64,000 bases of DNA from Eledone cirrhosa (GCA_964016885.1 OZ024740.1:298220001-298284000); one strand, 5' to 3'; positions 40,637-55,038 are shown, counted from the first letter of the stretch. Notes: generated by a model from the letters alone, not told the origin. Program-made: numbers and translations.

Positions 40637-41473
40637 TTCAAACTCGCTTGCTGTTTCAAAACATACTTACTTGTCATATATATATATATATATATATATG
40701 CAAAAGTTATATTTAATTTGTTGGGATTCAACAAGCTTAAAAGTTTTACAACTGATATAAAGCACTCAACTGATAACTGGAGTAAATATTCAATATATTA
40801 ATAAATGGAAACTATATTTATAAAACCATAATTATTTTATTATATATATTTCAAGGGCAGCCAAAGCAAATTTTGGTGCGCTTTCATCAGATAAAAGACA
40901 AAATTTGTTTTATAAATGTTGACATACCCGCAGAAAAACAACCTTGACTGTTGAAGGTTCCCTTATATATATGAAGAAATAAATAAAGGTCCAATACATT
41001 AATACGTTATTTAATTGATTTACATGTTTCATTCACAGAAGGAGGTAGCATTCCTCTGTAAAGAAATTGTCTGAATGACTAGATAATATAAAAAAGATAT
41101 TTATTTACTGACTGCATGTTATCATAACTCCAGATATGAGGCTTTAAATATCTGACTGCCTTGTACAGTTGTGCCATCACCTTTTTAATCTACCTTATAT
41201 ATATATACATTATTTATTTATGTTCATATAGCGAACAAAGGCACTACCCAAGGTTTCAAGGCCCAAATTATGTATACATATGTGTGTGTATATATCTATA
41301 TGTATGTACATTTATTTTTATAAAATATTCAAGAGCTATTACTACGAAATTTGCCTCCCCTTTTTTTTAAACTCTTACAGCATGGAACACCAGCAAGACA
41401 TTCTTATAAAGAAACAAAACAGCACAAATACAAACTAAATCACATTAACACTGTAAGTCTTTAGTTTAATATG

Positions 41474-41573
41474 CAGGACCTATGAGAGGGGGGGGTCTAT
41501 CCAGTACTTAGGCCCAAGAGCTAAGAAGGTCCCACAGCAACCACGCAACATCCAATTTCTCTCGGAGGCCCTG
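41474..41573. mobile_element. hAT-type MITE
   Basis: TIRs caggacctatgagag / ctctcggaggccctg; 8-bp TSD ttaatatg / ctaatatg; nested in another MITE. Confidence 0.55.
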
Positions 41574-42082
41574 CTAATATGCTTATTTTTACAACAATCT
41601 ATTGACCAGTAAAGATACTATAAACATCTGAATTAACAAACCTGTTTTAGATATTTTCTGCTAAATCATTACAGGATGTTAAGAGTTAACTAACGACTAA
41701 CATTATACATGTCTGTACAGGTATATTATATCAAGAAGCCATCCATCAGAACATCCAATGCATTTTGCAATCTAATTGTTTTCTAAAATAATCCCAAAAT
41801 TATTCCATCAAATACTCTGCTTTTCTCAAATGTTTTGATCATGGTGCTTTTAATAAAAATGTTTAATTGGTGCTTTATAATCATACAGATATGCCAAACA
41901 AAAGGTTGACAGGACACTTCAGTGGTGTCAAAAACATGACAGCCATCTTAGAGTGTGGGAACGGATGAGATGTAGCCTCCAGCCTATCTGAGAGGTCAGC
42001 AGCACTGATTAAGTACTGACTTGGTTTGTGACAACCTGTCTAACCCTTGCTAGCAAGGAAATCAGCTGTTAAATGATGACAT

Positions 42083-42304
42083 ATACAAGGCAGTGCAGAA
42101 ACGTTCCTGGCTTTAAGGATATTGCAAAATTAGTCAAAGGCCCAATCTTCCAAGTTCTTTTTGCAGAGCTTAGAAAAACTGAAGGACAGTTGCAATAACT
42201 GTGTGAATTTGAGAAGGGAATATGTTGAATAAAATCATAATTAACTGATCCTCCTGTATTTTCTTTTACCTAAAGCCAGGATCCTTTCAGTACCCCCTTG
42301 GATA
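42083..42304. mobile_element. Mariner-like MITE (shorter copy at 53939-54101)
   Basis: TIR-like gcagaaacgttcctggcttt / aaagccaggatcctttcag; both copies share the interior tgagaagggaatatgttg. Confidence 0.55.
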
Positions 42305-43122
42305 TCCAATCACTTAGCTAACTAATGAATGAATTAGTTAGCTAACTAATAATAGAAACTGATACAAAACTCAATTAACTGGTGCATTTGTTTTTATAAA
42401 CTGCATAACCCTTTTAAAGTATAACACACATAATCATGAACAAGGGTTGGGAGGACCCTCCAGTCATGTCAAAGGCATGACAACCTCCCTAGTGTTGGTG
42501 ATCTACACGATAAACGCACCCAGTACATACTGTTAAGTGGTTGGTGATAGGAAGAGCATCAGCCATAGAAATCTTGCCAAACAAAGGATTGGGAGGATGC
42601 TTAGTTGTGTCAAAGGCATGACAACCTCTCCTGAGTACTCAATGGAACATGAGGCCATACATAAGCACATAGGTCCCTGGGAGATCAGGGGCTCAGCTTC
42701 AACACTGATTTAGTCTAAATAGACCCGTCCAACCCTTGCTAGCAAGGAAATTGGATGTTAAAATGACGATGATGATGATGAATATATATATGTATGCATA
42801 CACATACTTACAAACGTGTGTATATATTATATACACAAACACCTATACAAACATATATACAAAGATAGATAATTGTGTGTCTGTGTGTATAATATATTTC
42901 TGAATTTGTTAGCAGATGGTGGTGGTGGTTGTTGTTTAACCCCAAGTAGGCCCGATCAAGTAGACTTTGATCAAATGCATTCCAACTACAACTCAGGGCT
43001 CCATTCTCCAATGTGTAATTTTTCCATGACTGTAAGGAAATGATTTGAGAGAAATTTGGCTGTTATTTCTTGCAGGTCTAACAACCATATTGAGGCTACC
43101 TCATTTGCTTGAGTGTCTAGAT

Positions 43123-43423
43123 CAGGGGTGTGCAACATATTCCATTGGCGGGCCACTGGAATATGTTGAACATTGGAACAACTATTAGGGCCATTGATAT
43201 TTATTAAGCACTATTCCAAAGATTCACCACAACTTCTTTCCATAACATGAACTGGGAAATTATAACACACATAGCCCTATCAGTGAAGCCCTTTAGAAAA
43301 TTGTATTACAGTTACAAAAAAAAATTCTAAATAATTCTATAAGGTAAAAATTAAAACGCAGGCCACTCTGACTGGTCTGGTGGGCTGGATTGTGGCCCAC
43401 AGGCTGCCTGTTGCACGCCCCTG
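43123..43423. mobile_element. hAT-Charlie-type MITE
   Basis: TIRs caggggtgtgcaaca / tgttgcacgcccctg; perfect 8-bp TSD gtctagat, matching the NTCTAGAN preference of Charlie elements. Confidence 0.85.
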
Positions 43424-46406
43424 GTCTAGATGTTACTGAATAGCCATACATACTGCAGCTTCGAACATCACAATGTATGTGGCATTTATTCAAGCTCCTT
43501 GTATTCTGGGTTGAAATACTGCCATACTTTTCATTTTTCTTCTTCTCCCTTGTCATGCACTGAAGACTGAGTTAAAATGTTATGCATCTGTGGAATTGTC
43601 AGCCACCTGTATGTTCATTTTATGAGCAAGCTGCCTCATTGATCAAACATACCTTTCTCCCTCACTCCCACCAGTGAAAAGTGTCATGGGCACCATCTTT
43701 CTCCCTGACAAAATGAAAAAAACAATCTTGACACTGCAGAAGTGTGTTATTTATGCAGCAGATATTCTTGGTGAAACTACTCTTGGATTCCAAATAATAA
43801 GTGGGGGAAGAGGGATCGGTAATTGTTCTAGGTTGCCTCCGTTGATTTAAAAAACAACAACAGAAATAGTCATTTAGTTTACATATTGAGACCCCAAACC
43901 ATCCTACTTATATTATATATTGTATGAGATTTCTTGTGGTATTCGTTTTTTTGTCATGTATAATGTTTTTTAATGTCTAAAGAAAATTAATTGTTGCAGG
44001 AATGCTACCACTTAAAATAAAATTTCACCTGAAATAGATTAGTAAAATTTAAAAAGTTGGAATAAGAGCGGGGCTGGGAGAGGATCTGAAAAATTAATAA
44101 GCGAGGCGGGGAGGAGGTTATTATTCAAAATATTGCATTTTTCTTTTCACTTAAAACATATCTTATCAACATAGAAACCAAATTGTGGTTTAATGGTTAG
44201 TGCGTTAGGCTCAGGATTGTAAATTATGAGTTGGATTCTCGGACTAGGCAGTACAATGTGTTCTTCAGCAAGACACTTTATTTCACATTGATCCAGTCCA
44301 CTCAGCTTGGAAAACTGAATTGTATTTATAATTCAAAAGGGCTAGCCTTGTGTCACAATGAATCTCCCTGAAAACTGATTGAATGGTATAGGTGCCTGTG
44401 GAATGCTTAGCCACTTGCATGAATTAATCAAACAACTGGAGCACTCATCATCAGAGACGACTGAGGTCCAACACAAATCAGTGAGTGTATGTATCTGCAT
44501 CAATGGAGCTTTAGTCATTTCACTTTCTTTATCATATTTCTCCCACCTTAAAAGTATCTTGTTGCATTCTAGATAACGAGCAGTTATCTTGAATAATTAA
44601 TTACAGACCCACCTGGGTACACTAATTCAAACATATCCTCATGTTAGGAAGTGTGGTGGAATTTGAAAATCTGGTAGTCTCGATACAGATAGGTATAATA
44701 ATAGCTGATGACAATAAAATATTAGTAGAAAAAATCAGGTAAAGTATCTCTGGAGACTGTAAAAGTGGACAGAGGTACATGTAGGAAATCAAACAACATA
44801 TTCCTCGTATACATAGAATAAGAGAGAGGCATAGTTCAATGTCTTGCAAACACCTCTGTCTAATTTTTTCCATCTCTAGGAGTATTTTACCCAATCTTTT
44901 CCATCTCCATGAGTACTTTACCCAATATTTTCCATCTTCATGAGTACTTTACCCAATATTTTCAACTATTATTTATAATGATCAGCCATTATTATAGTTA
45001 CCTGCATTGGGGTTACTACATTTTCAAATTCCAAACATATTTTAATTTTGCTCCTCAACATTGTTTTTGTATTTGTTTAATCATATATACGGTTCCACAT
45101 TGTAAAGGTGGTTCGTGTTAGGAATGGCATCCAGCTGGAAAAAACTGGCCAAAATGCAGTTTCATTTGAGCAAGGTTCGGTGCGGCCAACAGGCCAGACT
45201 CGCCTCATAATGTGAACGACCCATCTGACCTATGCAAGCATAGAAAATAAGGCATTAAATAGCGATGATGATGATGATATACTAAACAAGTCATGTGCTG
45301 TTTAACAAGTGCTAAGATATAAAAGTAAAAGTCTATACTTTTATGTGAAATATGATACTTTTAATTAAAAATAAAATCATCAAAAATTGTTTTATTCAAA
45401 CAGAATGCATATCCATTTTATTTTTTACTAGTTTCAATCATTAGATTGTTGGGGTGCTGCCTTCAAACAGTGTTAGGCATATTCAGCCTAGTACTTATTT
45501 GAGCATGCTGGAATGAGCATCCATTAGTCTTGATAGTGTTCCAATTGTTCAATCAACAGAACAGCTTTGAGAAATTAATGAGCAAATGACTGAGCAATTC
45601 CCAGACACATATACCCTTTACATAATTCTCAGGGAGATTCAGCATGGCCTTTTCAATTACAAGCACATGCCATCAGATGGGCTTCCAAACAGTTTCCATC
45701 AACCCAGTTTTACTCACAAGGTATGTATCAAGCTGAGACTATTATAAATGACACTTGCCCAAGATGTTATGCAGTAGAATTGAACGTGGGACTTAATGAT
45801 TGTGAACCAAACCTCTAAACCACCTGGCCATGCTGTGCCCATATTTGAACCTGGTACTTATTTTATTCATCTCTATTTGTTAAATGTCTAATATATGCCA
45901 CATATGCAATAATACCATGTTGTATAGATAGAAACTGCTGCAGCACAGTTTTGTCTATCAAATTCCATTCACAAGGTTTTGTTAAAATCTATGACCATAG
46001 TAGAAGTCATCCCAGAGCTGCACAATGTGATGAAACCTGGTACCATATGGCTAGGAAGCAAACCTCTTAACTATGTGGCTATTCTTTTACAAGTATCAGT
46101 TATTGCATATATAAATCTATTTACACCAAAATACTTCGTTTTTGTTTTTCCTTTTTGGACTAAGCAATTTTATCATCTGTGTGCACCTTTCTCATGTGCA
46201 AACACATACACACACCACACGCACACTCACACATTTGTATACAAACATTTAACAGGTTTTGGTATTAATTTGCTTTATAATTTATTTTCCTTTTATATGT
46301 GTTATATATATATAGTAATAATAATAAATTTGAAGACTAAGTTTCAGAAGATCCCGTTAAGGGTGAAAGCAGCGATTCTTTGCTTAAACTTTAATCTGTT
46401 ATTTTA

Positions 46407-46452
<46 letters not shown>

Positions 46453-47450
46453 TGCTAGCATGGAAGATAGATGTTAAACAATGATGATGATGATGATGAT
46501 TATGAATATATATATATACATTATATAATTCAAATTAAAAGATAGATGTATATAGGGAGAAAGAGAGTCATATATCATTTGAGCAACATTGTATTTTTAC
46601 ACATATATAAAGCAAATAATATTCAGGAAAATGTACATACTTACAGTGCTGTTTCATAGTTTTAAAAAAAAACAGTGATCAATCGATCTAAGTAATTAAT
46701 TATGGATTACCAACTATTGATTTTGGTAAAGAAGGGAACTAATCATCAGAGGAATTGTCTTTAAATATGTCTCACACTGTATAAAATACTTTTATATCTA
46801 TCGGGGTCCGAGAATTAGTTAAAACATATCTGTATATATATAAAGACAAAGTTTTCTGTATGTGTGTGTGGAAAATTTTTAATGAGGGTTCATATATTCT
46901 AATATAAATTTATACCCAGACTGGATTTCTGTTGTTAGATGGTATAACGGATGACACCGAGCTCACATATTAATTATTTCTCTGGAATAGTGCCTAAGGT
47001 TTTCATAAGTATGTTTTTCTTCTATGAATTCAAATTTACTTTGTTTAGTGTAATGAGCTACATCAAAAGCTACTTGAACTGTCCAAAGGACGGGTAGTTT
47101 AGCTAGTATATTATATATGTGTATGAATTCCATAAAAGTGTTTCAAAATTTCACTCACATAAACACAGACATTCACATACAGCCATTTCTGAAAGATACC
47201 ATATGTCTATTGAATGGGAGATGAAGAGAAAATATGCAGAACTTGGCAGGGAACTAATTTCTTGAAAGGTCTGCTAAAGTTATCATACATGACTGCAGAA
47301 GTTATCATATATGTTTGATAATTCTAGTAAATGTGATAATACTTCATTATCTGTTTTGATACCAAATCACTGGAACCAACTCTGCTTCTATGATACAAAA
47401 CTGTTTATTTTAAATTCTTTATATTAATCTAAAAACCTTCAATTATAATT

Positions 47451-47487
<37 letters not shown>

Positions 47488-48157
47488 GTATGAGATATGT
47501 CATACAGTGTTTATTATACTGGTTTACCACTGTCATACAAATTAGCCATATCTTTTGTATATTACAATATGAGAAGAATAAAATAAAATATATTCCAGTA
47601 ATATCAAATTGTACTGTTGTTTGTTAAGTTTTCTCTTTAGTATCATGTAAATGTGTTATACTTGTCATGAGACCCTTTCTGAGGCATTTTTATAGCCTGA
47701 TGCTCTTCTTGGTGATAACTCTTTTAAACACCTCTTAAGACACACAGAGATACAGTGTACCTATTCTAAACCAGAAGACAAAGACATATATTGCTAAAAT
47801 TGGAGGAGGAAATGAAAGAGTAAAACAAGGTACGTTTGTACTCCCTTAGATGAGGTCAGTCCTGACATATTGAGCAGGGTCCTTCAAAGAAATTGAGTAA
47901 GTACAGTTGAGCATCTTCATCATCGTCTCCACCATCACTGTTCTACAGCATTAATAGATGTCCCATTTCTCTTCCACCTACTGCAGCTTTCATAGTTATT
48001 TGTAGCGTTGACAACCTCTCTTGTGCTGATGTCACAAAAAATGCATGGAGTACACTCTGTAGAGTGCAGGAATATATGTGAGATATGGCCCCCATCTGGG
48101 AAGCAAGTAGCACCGATTAAGTAATGACTTAGTCTGTGATGACTTGTCTAACACATG

Positions 48158-48460
48158 CTTCTTCACCCACTTATACCTGAGAGGGTCGTAGGGGCAAAGT
48201 CTTCAAATACTCCTTCCAGCAGGTCCTGTCAGAAGGAATCGTTTCCAACTGATCTGGTTGGATCCCTAAGCGAGACCAGCTGAACTCACGGATGTTATCC
48301 AACCATCTTGCTCAGGGTCTACTACAAGTTGGTTTTTGCTCATAAAATCTGTCCAGTGATTATTTCCTGAGACATATGACCCACAGGACCCGCTGTGGAA
48401 GATTCTGCAGGAGTATGAGATTGATGGTCAGCTTCTTGTTGCCCTGATGTCTCTATATGA
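48158..48460. mobile_element. Expander-like RTE fragment with an inverted 5' part
   Basis: The - strand of 48158-48375 encodes ARWLDNIREFSWSRLGIQPDQLETIPSDRTCWKEYLKTLPLRP; the + strand of 48376-48460 encodes LWKILQEYEIDGQLLVALMSLY. A second - copy is at 60905-61165. Confidence 0.65.
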
Positions 48461-48544
48461 ATGCCCAACACAAGCTAGCAGGGAAATTGGAGATTAAATG
48501 TTGATGGTGGTTGTGGTGGTGGTGATTAGCACTAGCTATCGACA

Positions 48545-48830
48545 GATCTGTGAAGGCTAGAAAGAAAGGAAGCAAGCTTGTATGCTTTGCTGGTTGTGTA
48601 ATGTTAATATATATGAGCAACATAGCATAAATGAACTGAGAGAAAAACTTGGTATTAGAGGAATCAGATACAGCATGCAAGAGAGAAGACTGCACTGCTA
48701 TGGACATGATATGTATGAAACAGTGGATATGACCTGTGAAAAAGGTAGATCCAAGAAGATATGAGATAAAGTGGTGAAGACAGACCTTTGGGACCTGAAC
48801 CTCAAGACAAAAACGACCAGCCTACTGGTA
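48545..48830 (+). mobile_element. Degenerate RTE fragment
   Basis: MLCWLCNVNIYEQHSINELREKLGIRGIRYSMQERRLHCYGH aligns with the RTE at 3866-5399. Confidence 0.7.
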
Positions 48831-49679
48831 TAAAACAAGATACTTAATATGCTCCTACTAACTCTCCATTATTTCCTTCATTTCATCAATAGTATCTGCT
48901 ACTCCCTTACCCTGCCCCTCTATCTACTGTGCCAGAGCCATATAGTGGGTGTGATTTCTGGCTCATTCATATCCAACCCTTCCACTGTTGGTCTTTAGTA
49001 ACTTCTCTCACAATCACTCTACCCCTTGACACTATTCTACATTAATCTTAGCTCTTTCACCCTCACATCATCATATTAAACCGCACCACACTAGTCATAC
49101 TGGTCATCCATCTTAACTCCTCCTCCTTCCCCTATCTCCCTAACACGTCTGCTTTGAGACAAGAGATCTGTAGTGTAGAAGGGTTCTGTAGACAAGTGAA
49201 TTACCGACCATATACATAGCGCTGACGCCCTAAGCAAAGGCATTTAATACATTCTGTAATGTGAGTGGAATTAGAAAATGAATCCAGTCATAGAACCCAT
49301 GTCCTCCAAAAGTTGAGAGGACTCTTCTGTCACGTCACGTACAAGACCTGGAGGATTCAGCTGTAGAAAACCATGCCAAAACTGAAACGGATGTAAGCGA
49401 AAGGCTTTTAGAACACTACTGACTTGGTCTGTGGCAATCCGTCCAACCCATATCACCATGGAAAAACAGACGTTAGATGATGCTAATGACGATGATAAAT
49501 CATTGAGTTCAAATCCCGTCGAGGTTAACTTTGCCTTTCATCCTTACGGGGTCGATAAAATAAAGTACCAGCAATGTACTGGGTAATTGCTGGCCTTGTG
49601 CCAAAAGTAGAAACAATTATTATTTTTGCGACCACTTTATCATACTGGTATGGGCCTGACAAGACGACATTGATAAATT

Positions 49680-50171
49680 ATAATCACACTCGCCGAAACG
49701 AGTATTATGGAATTATAGGGTGCGGAAACCACGAAAAAACGAGTAATTTACGGCGGTTTTGAAAGCCATATTCGTTCAAAACAAAAACAAAATCACAGTA
49801 AAAACTTTTATTCACAGTTGTATAAATAACATTATAAATTGTTCACAATTCTTTCAGAATTAAAAATAAACACAAATATAAACACATATAATAAATACAA
49901 TAAACTGTAGCAAAGAACCTGGTGGTTTCTCTATTAGTGAAAATAAGCTGATCAAATTCGTAAAGTAAGATAAGTTCATAGTACACTGGTTCAGAAATTT
50001 GAGTGGATAGAACACAAACTTTTGAACTTTTATAGGAGCTTCCCTATATAAAAGCATTTACTTCGTTAATAACTGTCATATCTTTTCTTGCGAATGATGA
50101 GAGAAAGTAGACAGAGTGCAATACCCTTAGAGGTTCGCTCTCCTGTTAGAGAGTTACCACCTGCTGTCATC
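49680..50171 (+). promoter_or_regulatory. Probable TMEM30A promoter / 5'UTR region
   Basis: Repeat-free, locally CpG-retaining stretch (49690-49780) just upstream of the start codon; the TSS cannot be determined. Confidence 0.35.
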
Positions 50172-50232
50172 ATGGCTTCTCTGCAGCCTGACAGCATTCT
50201 TGACGACAAACCAAAGAGTCGGAAACCTAAAG
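50172..50232 (+). CDS. TMEM30A: CDC50A/TMEM30A exon 1
   Basis: gtcatcATGG; MASLQPDSILDDKPKSRKPK(D)|gtaaat; the phase-1 junction rebuilds the CDC50 SRxPxxxxFKQQRL motif. Confidence 0.88.
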
Positions 50233-51044
50233 GTAAATATTGTTTCCCGAGTATATTACTGTCCAGCACAGCATACATAGGCATCATTAGTAATGTTATA
50301 TACTACATGAGAAATACAGGAGGTATATATAGAGAAAGAAAGCGAGACAACAACATTGTTGCTCAGGCGGAAGACGGGTGTTTATTGACTGTTATAATTT
50401 TTGGTTTTACACATATCAACATTATTGTTTATATATGATCGGGTTTAACCTGTCAGGAAGTATCCACCCTGTCAGTGATTTAAGTTCGATACCAGATTTA
50501 ATGTTGCTAACGTCCTTCTTCTTCCTAAAGCAAGACATATAAAAATTATTGGCCTATTCTGGTAGCAATTTAAGACATCATTATTATTTGGAGAAAGCAT
50601 TGGTGTATATTGTGTATGACGTTATAAAGTGACGTAACAAGCTTCATTCTACTACTGGTTATACTACTGTTTGGAAGCCCAAGGGATGAGCTGTAAGTGT
50701 CATGCGGAATCTTCCTGAGAATTACATTAATTTCACGAGTAGGATGTTCCGCCAATCGACCAACTAGAATAGTCATCGTTAAAATCGACTGAGGTCCATT
50801 CTAAACATTGTATACACTTTCATATACGCCTTTATATGTAAATATGTATAAACTGGCAATGTTTGTTATGTTTTGGTCTGACAGATAAGCAAAAGATGCT
50901 TATTAAATTATGTTGACGATTTGCAAAAGCAACAAATCAATACAAAGCGAATTAAAATACGAACGTTGAATCAATCTCTCTCTCTCTCTGTACATATGCA
51001 TATGTATGTACGTATGTATATACGTATACATGTATGTGTATATG

Positions 51045-51321
51045 CAGGGGCCTCGTTTGCCTTAAAAATGTGAGGGGGACAAACCAACATTTGTTGATTC
51101 TTATAGGAGCATAAATTGCTTATGGTGCCTTTCCCAGACCTTATCGCATAAGTAATATTTTACGCTAATTAAATTTTATATATTTAAATGAAGTTCAGAT
51201 ATAAAAAAATAAGCTTAAAAAGAATTTATTATATCAAATAAACAAAAAATAAAACAGACGTTTGAAGAAGTGAGGGGACTTGTCCCCTGATACCCCCCCC
51301 CCCCCTGAAACAAGGTCCTTG
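51045..51321. mobile_element. hAT-like MITE
   Basis: TIRs caggggcctcgttt / aaacaaggtccttg; tgtatatg on both sides, although in a microsatellite context. Confidence 0.45.
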
Positions 51322-52973
51322 TGTATATGTATGTATGTATGTATATATATATCTATTCTCATATGTTCCGCAAATGAATTATTTTAATATATTTTACATT
51401 CACTTCTATCCTATCTTTTCATTACTTCTGTTTATTCGTTTTCAACTTCATCGCATTTTAGCGAACGAAACTAATAAATCTAGAACACTGCTTTTGTCAC
51501 TCCCCGTTTTTTTATTCTTTTTTCTTGTAATGGAAGGTGTTGCTTGAGTGAAATTTGGCTGCTGTTTCTAGCCGTTAGTGATTTGACATGTATAGGACCG
51601 AAGTGATGTATGTTAATAAAACCTAAGTATGGTAAATCTAGAACTTTTTACCCATTATCGATCTCAGTATTTACTTGTCGCCTTGGCCTCTCTGTTTTTT
51701 ATTGGGCATGCTATATTTCTTATCTTAGTTATAAAGGTTTGCACATACAATAAATGTTATAAACATGAGGGATACAATATGTGTAGGGCTGGATAAACAA
51801 ACAATGTTGTATAAAATCAGGCAATATGTGAGGACGTTATGTAATATACGGATGAAAACTTTAATAGAAACACTAAATATAAAATTATTATAAAACAATA
51901 ATTAATTGTTTCTACTTTTGGCACAAGGCCAGCAATTATCTCAGTGTATTACTGGTACTTTATCTTATCGACCCCGTAAGGATGAGACAAAGTTAACCTT
52001 GGCGGGAATAATCAATACAAGATTGTTATATTAAATATTTACAGTAACCTACCCATATATGGTCGATTCAGAACCCCCCCCCCCCCACACATCTTTGTTC
52101 AACTACTACATATTGTATACTTTTCACAGGACCCATATTATTTGATCACAATTACTTTATTCTCCTTTTTTTTTTCCTTATTAAAAATAAAAGTTTATGT
52201 TGCAGGGTGTCTTGGTAGAAATACCTCTACCTCTGATCCATCTACATATTAGGTGTGCTTGTCTCTTTGAACCCTTTTGTACCAAAATTCAAAAACTGAC
52301 TCTAGTTCCATAAAACAAAACCACCCAGTTTAAAGGGTTCCTATTTAAATTCAAATCTTCCCAATGTAATTTTAGTAAATCCTTTAACCCTTTAGCATGT
52401 AAACCAGCCAAATCCTGCCAGATTCTCTAACCCTTTCTGTTCAAACCGGCTGTAACTGGCCGTTCATACCTACAATAAGGTATTGTTTTCAAAATAAATA
52501 ACATCAAAATCTCGTAGATTCAATATTATGTGAGATAATTATGTAAGATAAAGCCTTTACTGTAAAAATACAATAGTATATATAATGTAAATGCTAAAGG
52601 GTTAAAATTCTCCATCAATCACTTAGGTATAAGGAGCTATTAAGTGTCATACTATTTCTCATTCACTCAGAGAGAGAAACCCTTTGTTGCAAATAGAGCT
52701 AGCAGCCCCGCCCCCCTCTATAATGTCTATGATACTTCCCCATTGTTGATTAGGTAACTTAGGTTACAGTAGCTGTTAATTATTTTTAGTGAGCCTTCTT
52801 TATTGAGGGTTTATTATACAAGTGGGTATCCACCGGGGTTCTATCTATGGCATCTGTTTATTATAGTGCTTGAGCTATATGCAACAGTTCTGGGTTGGTT
52901 GTTCTTCAGAGCTTTTATAATCTGATGACCATCTGCTTCTCATAGTAGAATCATCATCATCATTATTTAATGT

Positions 52974-53190
52974 CCATTTTCCCAGGTAACAAGGGTTGCA
53001 CAGGTTGTCACAGACTAAGTCAGTACTTAGCTGGAGCTAGGGGCTGCATCTCACTTGCCTACATTCCCACACTCTATAGAGTGTGTTTTATCAAGGTACC
53101 AACACTAGAGGGGCTGTGAGCCCCTGGCTCCAGCTAAGTACTGACTTGGTCTATGACAACCTGTCCAACTCTTGCTAGCTGGGAAAATGG
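52974..53190. repeat. Inverted repeat of a retroposon tail (about 70-bp arms)
   Basis: caggttgtcacagactaagtcagtacttagctggagctaggggct pairs with agcccctggctccagctaagtactgacttggtctatgacaacctg. Confidence 0.8.
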
Positions 53191-53774
53191 TTATTATTTC
53201 AAAATATTACATTACAATTTAGTGGAATCGCTGTTCCACTGTGTAAACATGTTTGGTGGTAGGAAGGGCATCCAACTGTAAAAAATAACTAGTCAAAATA
53301 CAGTTCTGTTTGAGCAAGGTATGGCACAGCCAACTGGCCAGACATATATCATAATGTAGATGACCTGTTTAACCCATGCATGCATGGAAATATAGATGTT
53401 AAATGATGATGAGGAGGGCACAGGGGTGCGGGGAGAGGGGGGGGGGCTGTGATAGATGCCATTAATGTGGAGTTTGGACACTTAAAGGTTAGTGTACTTT
53501 CTGACCTTGAAAGAGTGAAAGACAAAGTCAAGTTTAGAAGGCTTCAAACTACAAAGGCTCATAATCAAATAGAACAAAACACTTGTACACACACATATTA
53601 ATCCCCCTCTCTTACATACACATGTACTTATCCATTCATGCACACATTCACTGATGTGTGTGTACCACACACACGTGAAATAGTTAAAACACTAAAAGTA
53701 GTCTGTATTAAGTGTCTTGTGTATGGACAGACTTAGTACTTCAGTTACATTCTCTCCTTTCCATTCTTCTTTAG

Positions 53775-53908
53775 ATACAAAGTTCAAGCAGCAACGACTC
53801 CCTGCATGGCAGCCTATCCTAACAGCAGAAACTGTCCTTCCAGCATTTTTTGCTCTTGGAATCACTTTCATTCCCCTTGGAGCTGTCCTACTGCTGACAT
53901 CAAATCAT
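53775..53908 (+). CDS. TMEM30A: CDC50A/TMEM30A exon 2 (TM1)
   Basis: tctttag|AT..CAT|gtaagt; [44 protein letters not shown]. Confidence 0.97.
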
Positions 53909-54189
53909 GTAAGTAATATTCTTAGCACTTCTATGACTATACCGGGATGTTGAAAAGTTCCTAGATAAGGGTATCATGAAAGGGTAGAGCTGTTACCTTT
54001 ACAGGTGAAGTAGGACCGCTGAAGTGTATGAATCTGAGAAGGGAATATGTTGCCTGTATTTTCTTTTACCCAAAGCCAGGAACTTTTCAGCACCTTGGTA
54101 TATTCAATGAGTAAACTGCCCATATGTTTCAATGAGTTCTCAATATAATCATGATTTTGAAAGTTTTTAGTAAAATATCAATAACTTTA

Positions 54190-54882
54190 TGTAGTTGTAC
54201 ATATTCTAGATACAATCTGTTGTAATGAAAAGCTCCAGATAAAATAGTTACAGTGAAAGGTTCTAGATAATAATTGTTGTGAAAAGCTCTAATTAAAATC
54301 TGTTGTAGTGAAAGGTTCTAGGTAATGCAGGGAATATATGAAAACTGGAAAGAAATGAAGCAAGCGTGTTTTGATGGATATGTGCAAGAACAACAAAGTA
54401 TAGATGAGCTGAGAGAAAACCTGGGTATAAGAGGAATCAGATGTGGTATACAAGAGAGGTGACAACACTGGTATAGACATGTGATGTATATGGATGATGA
54501 TCATTGTGTGAAAAATTACCAAGAGATACCTGTGGAAGGAAGATGTGGGCAGAGGTAATTAGAGCTGATCTCAAATTGTTGAACCTCACGGGTGAGATGA
54601 CAAAAGAATGCTACAAGTGGAGAGACACTGAGCTGGAAAAGACCTGTCCAACCCATGCAAGCATGGAAAAAGAATGTATAATAATGATGATGATCTGTTG
54701 TAGGGAAAAGTTCTAGATAACATCTATTGCAGGGAAAGGTTTTCGATAACATCTGTTCCAAGGAAAGGTTTGCAATAACATCTGTTGCAAGGAAAAGTTT
54801 TAGATAACATCTGTTGTCAGGAAAAGTTTTAGATAACATCTGTTGCAGGGAAAAGTTCTAGATTACATCTGTTATTGTGAAA
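54190..54882. repeat. 29-bp minisatellite (tagataacatctgttgcagggaaaagttc) split by a degenerate RTE insertion (about 54325-54695)
   Basis: Units occur on both sides of an RTE-like segment ending acccatgcaagcatggaaaa..atgatgatg. Confidence 0.75.
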
Positions 54883-54897
54883 AATTATTTTTTATAG

Positions 54898-55038
54898 GTG
54901 ATGGAAGTAACAGTTGACTACACCCAGTGTGTTAGTCTTCACAGTACCACCAATAAAACATGCGCAGATATCATTACCCAGAATAGTACGTCAAACTGTC
55001 AATGTCGTATAGAAATTGATCTCCAAAGCAATTTTAAG
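54898..55038 (+). CDS. TMEM30A: CDC50A/TMEM30A exon 3
   Basis: ttttatag|GTG..AAG|gtaatt; VMEVTVDYTQC..TCADII..CQCRIEIDLQSNFK. Confidence 0.93.

Noticed and set aside
50088-50171. N-terminal extension of TMEM30A from upstream in-frame starts
   Set aside because: No recognisable CDC50 similarity; ATG 50172 has better context and gives a typical length. Not formally excluded.
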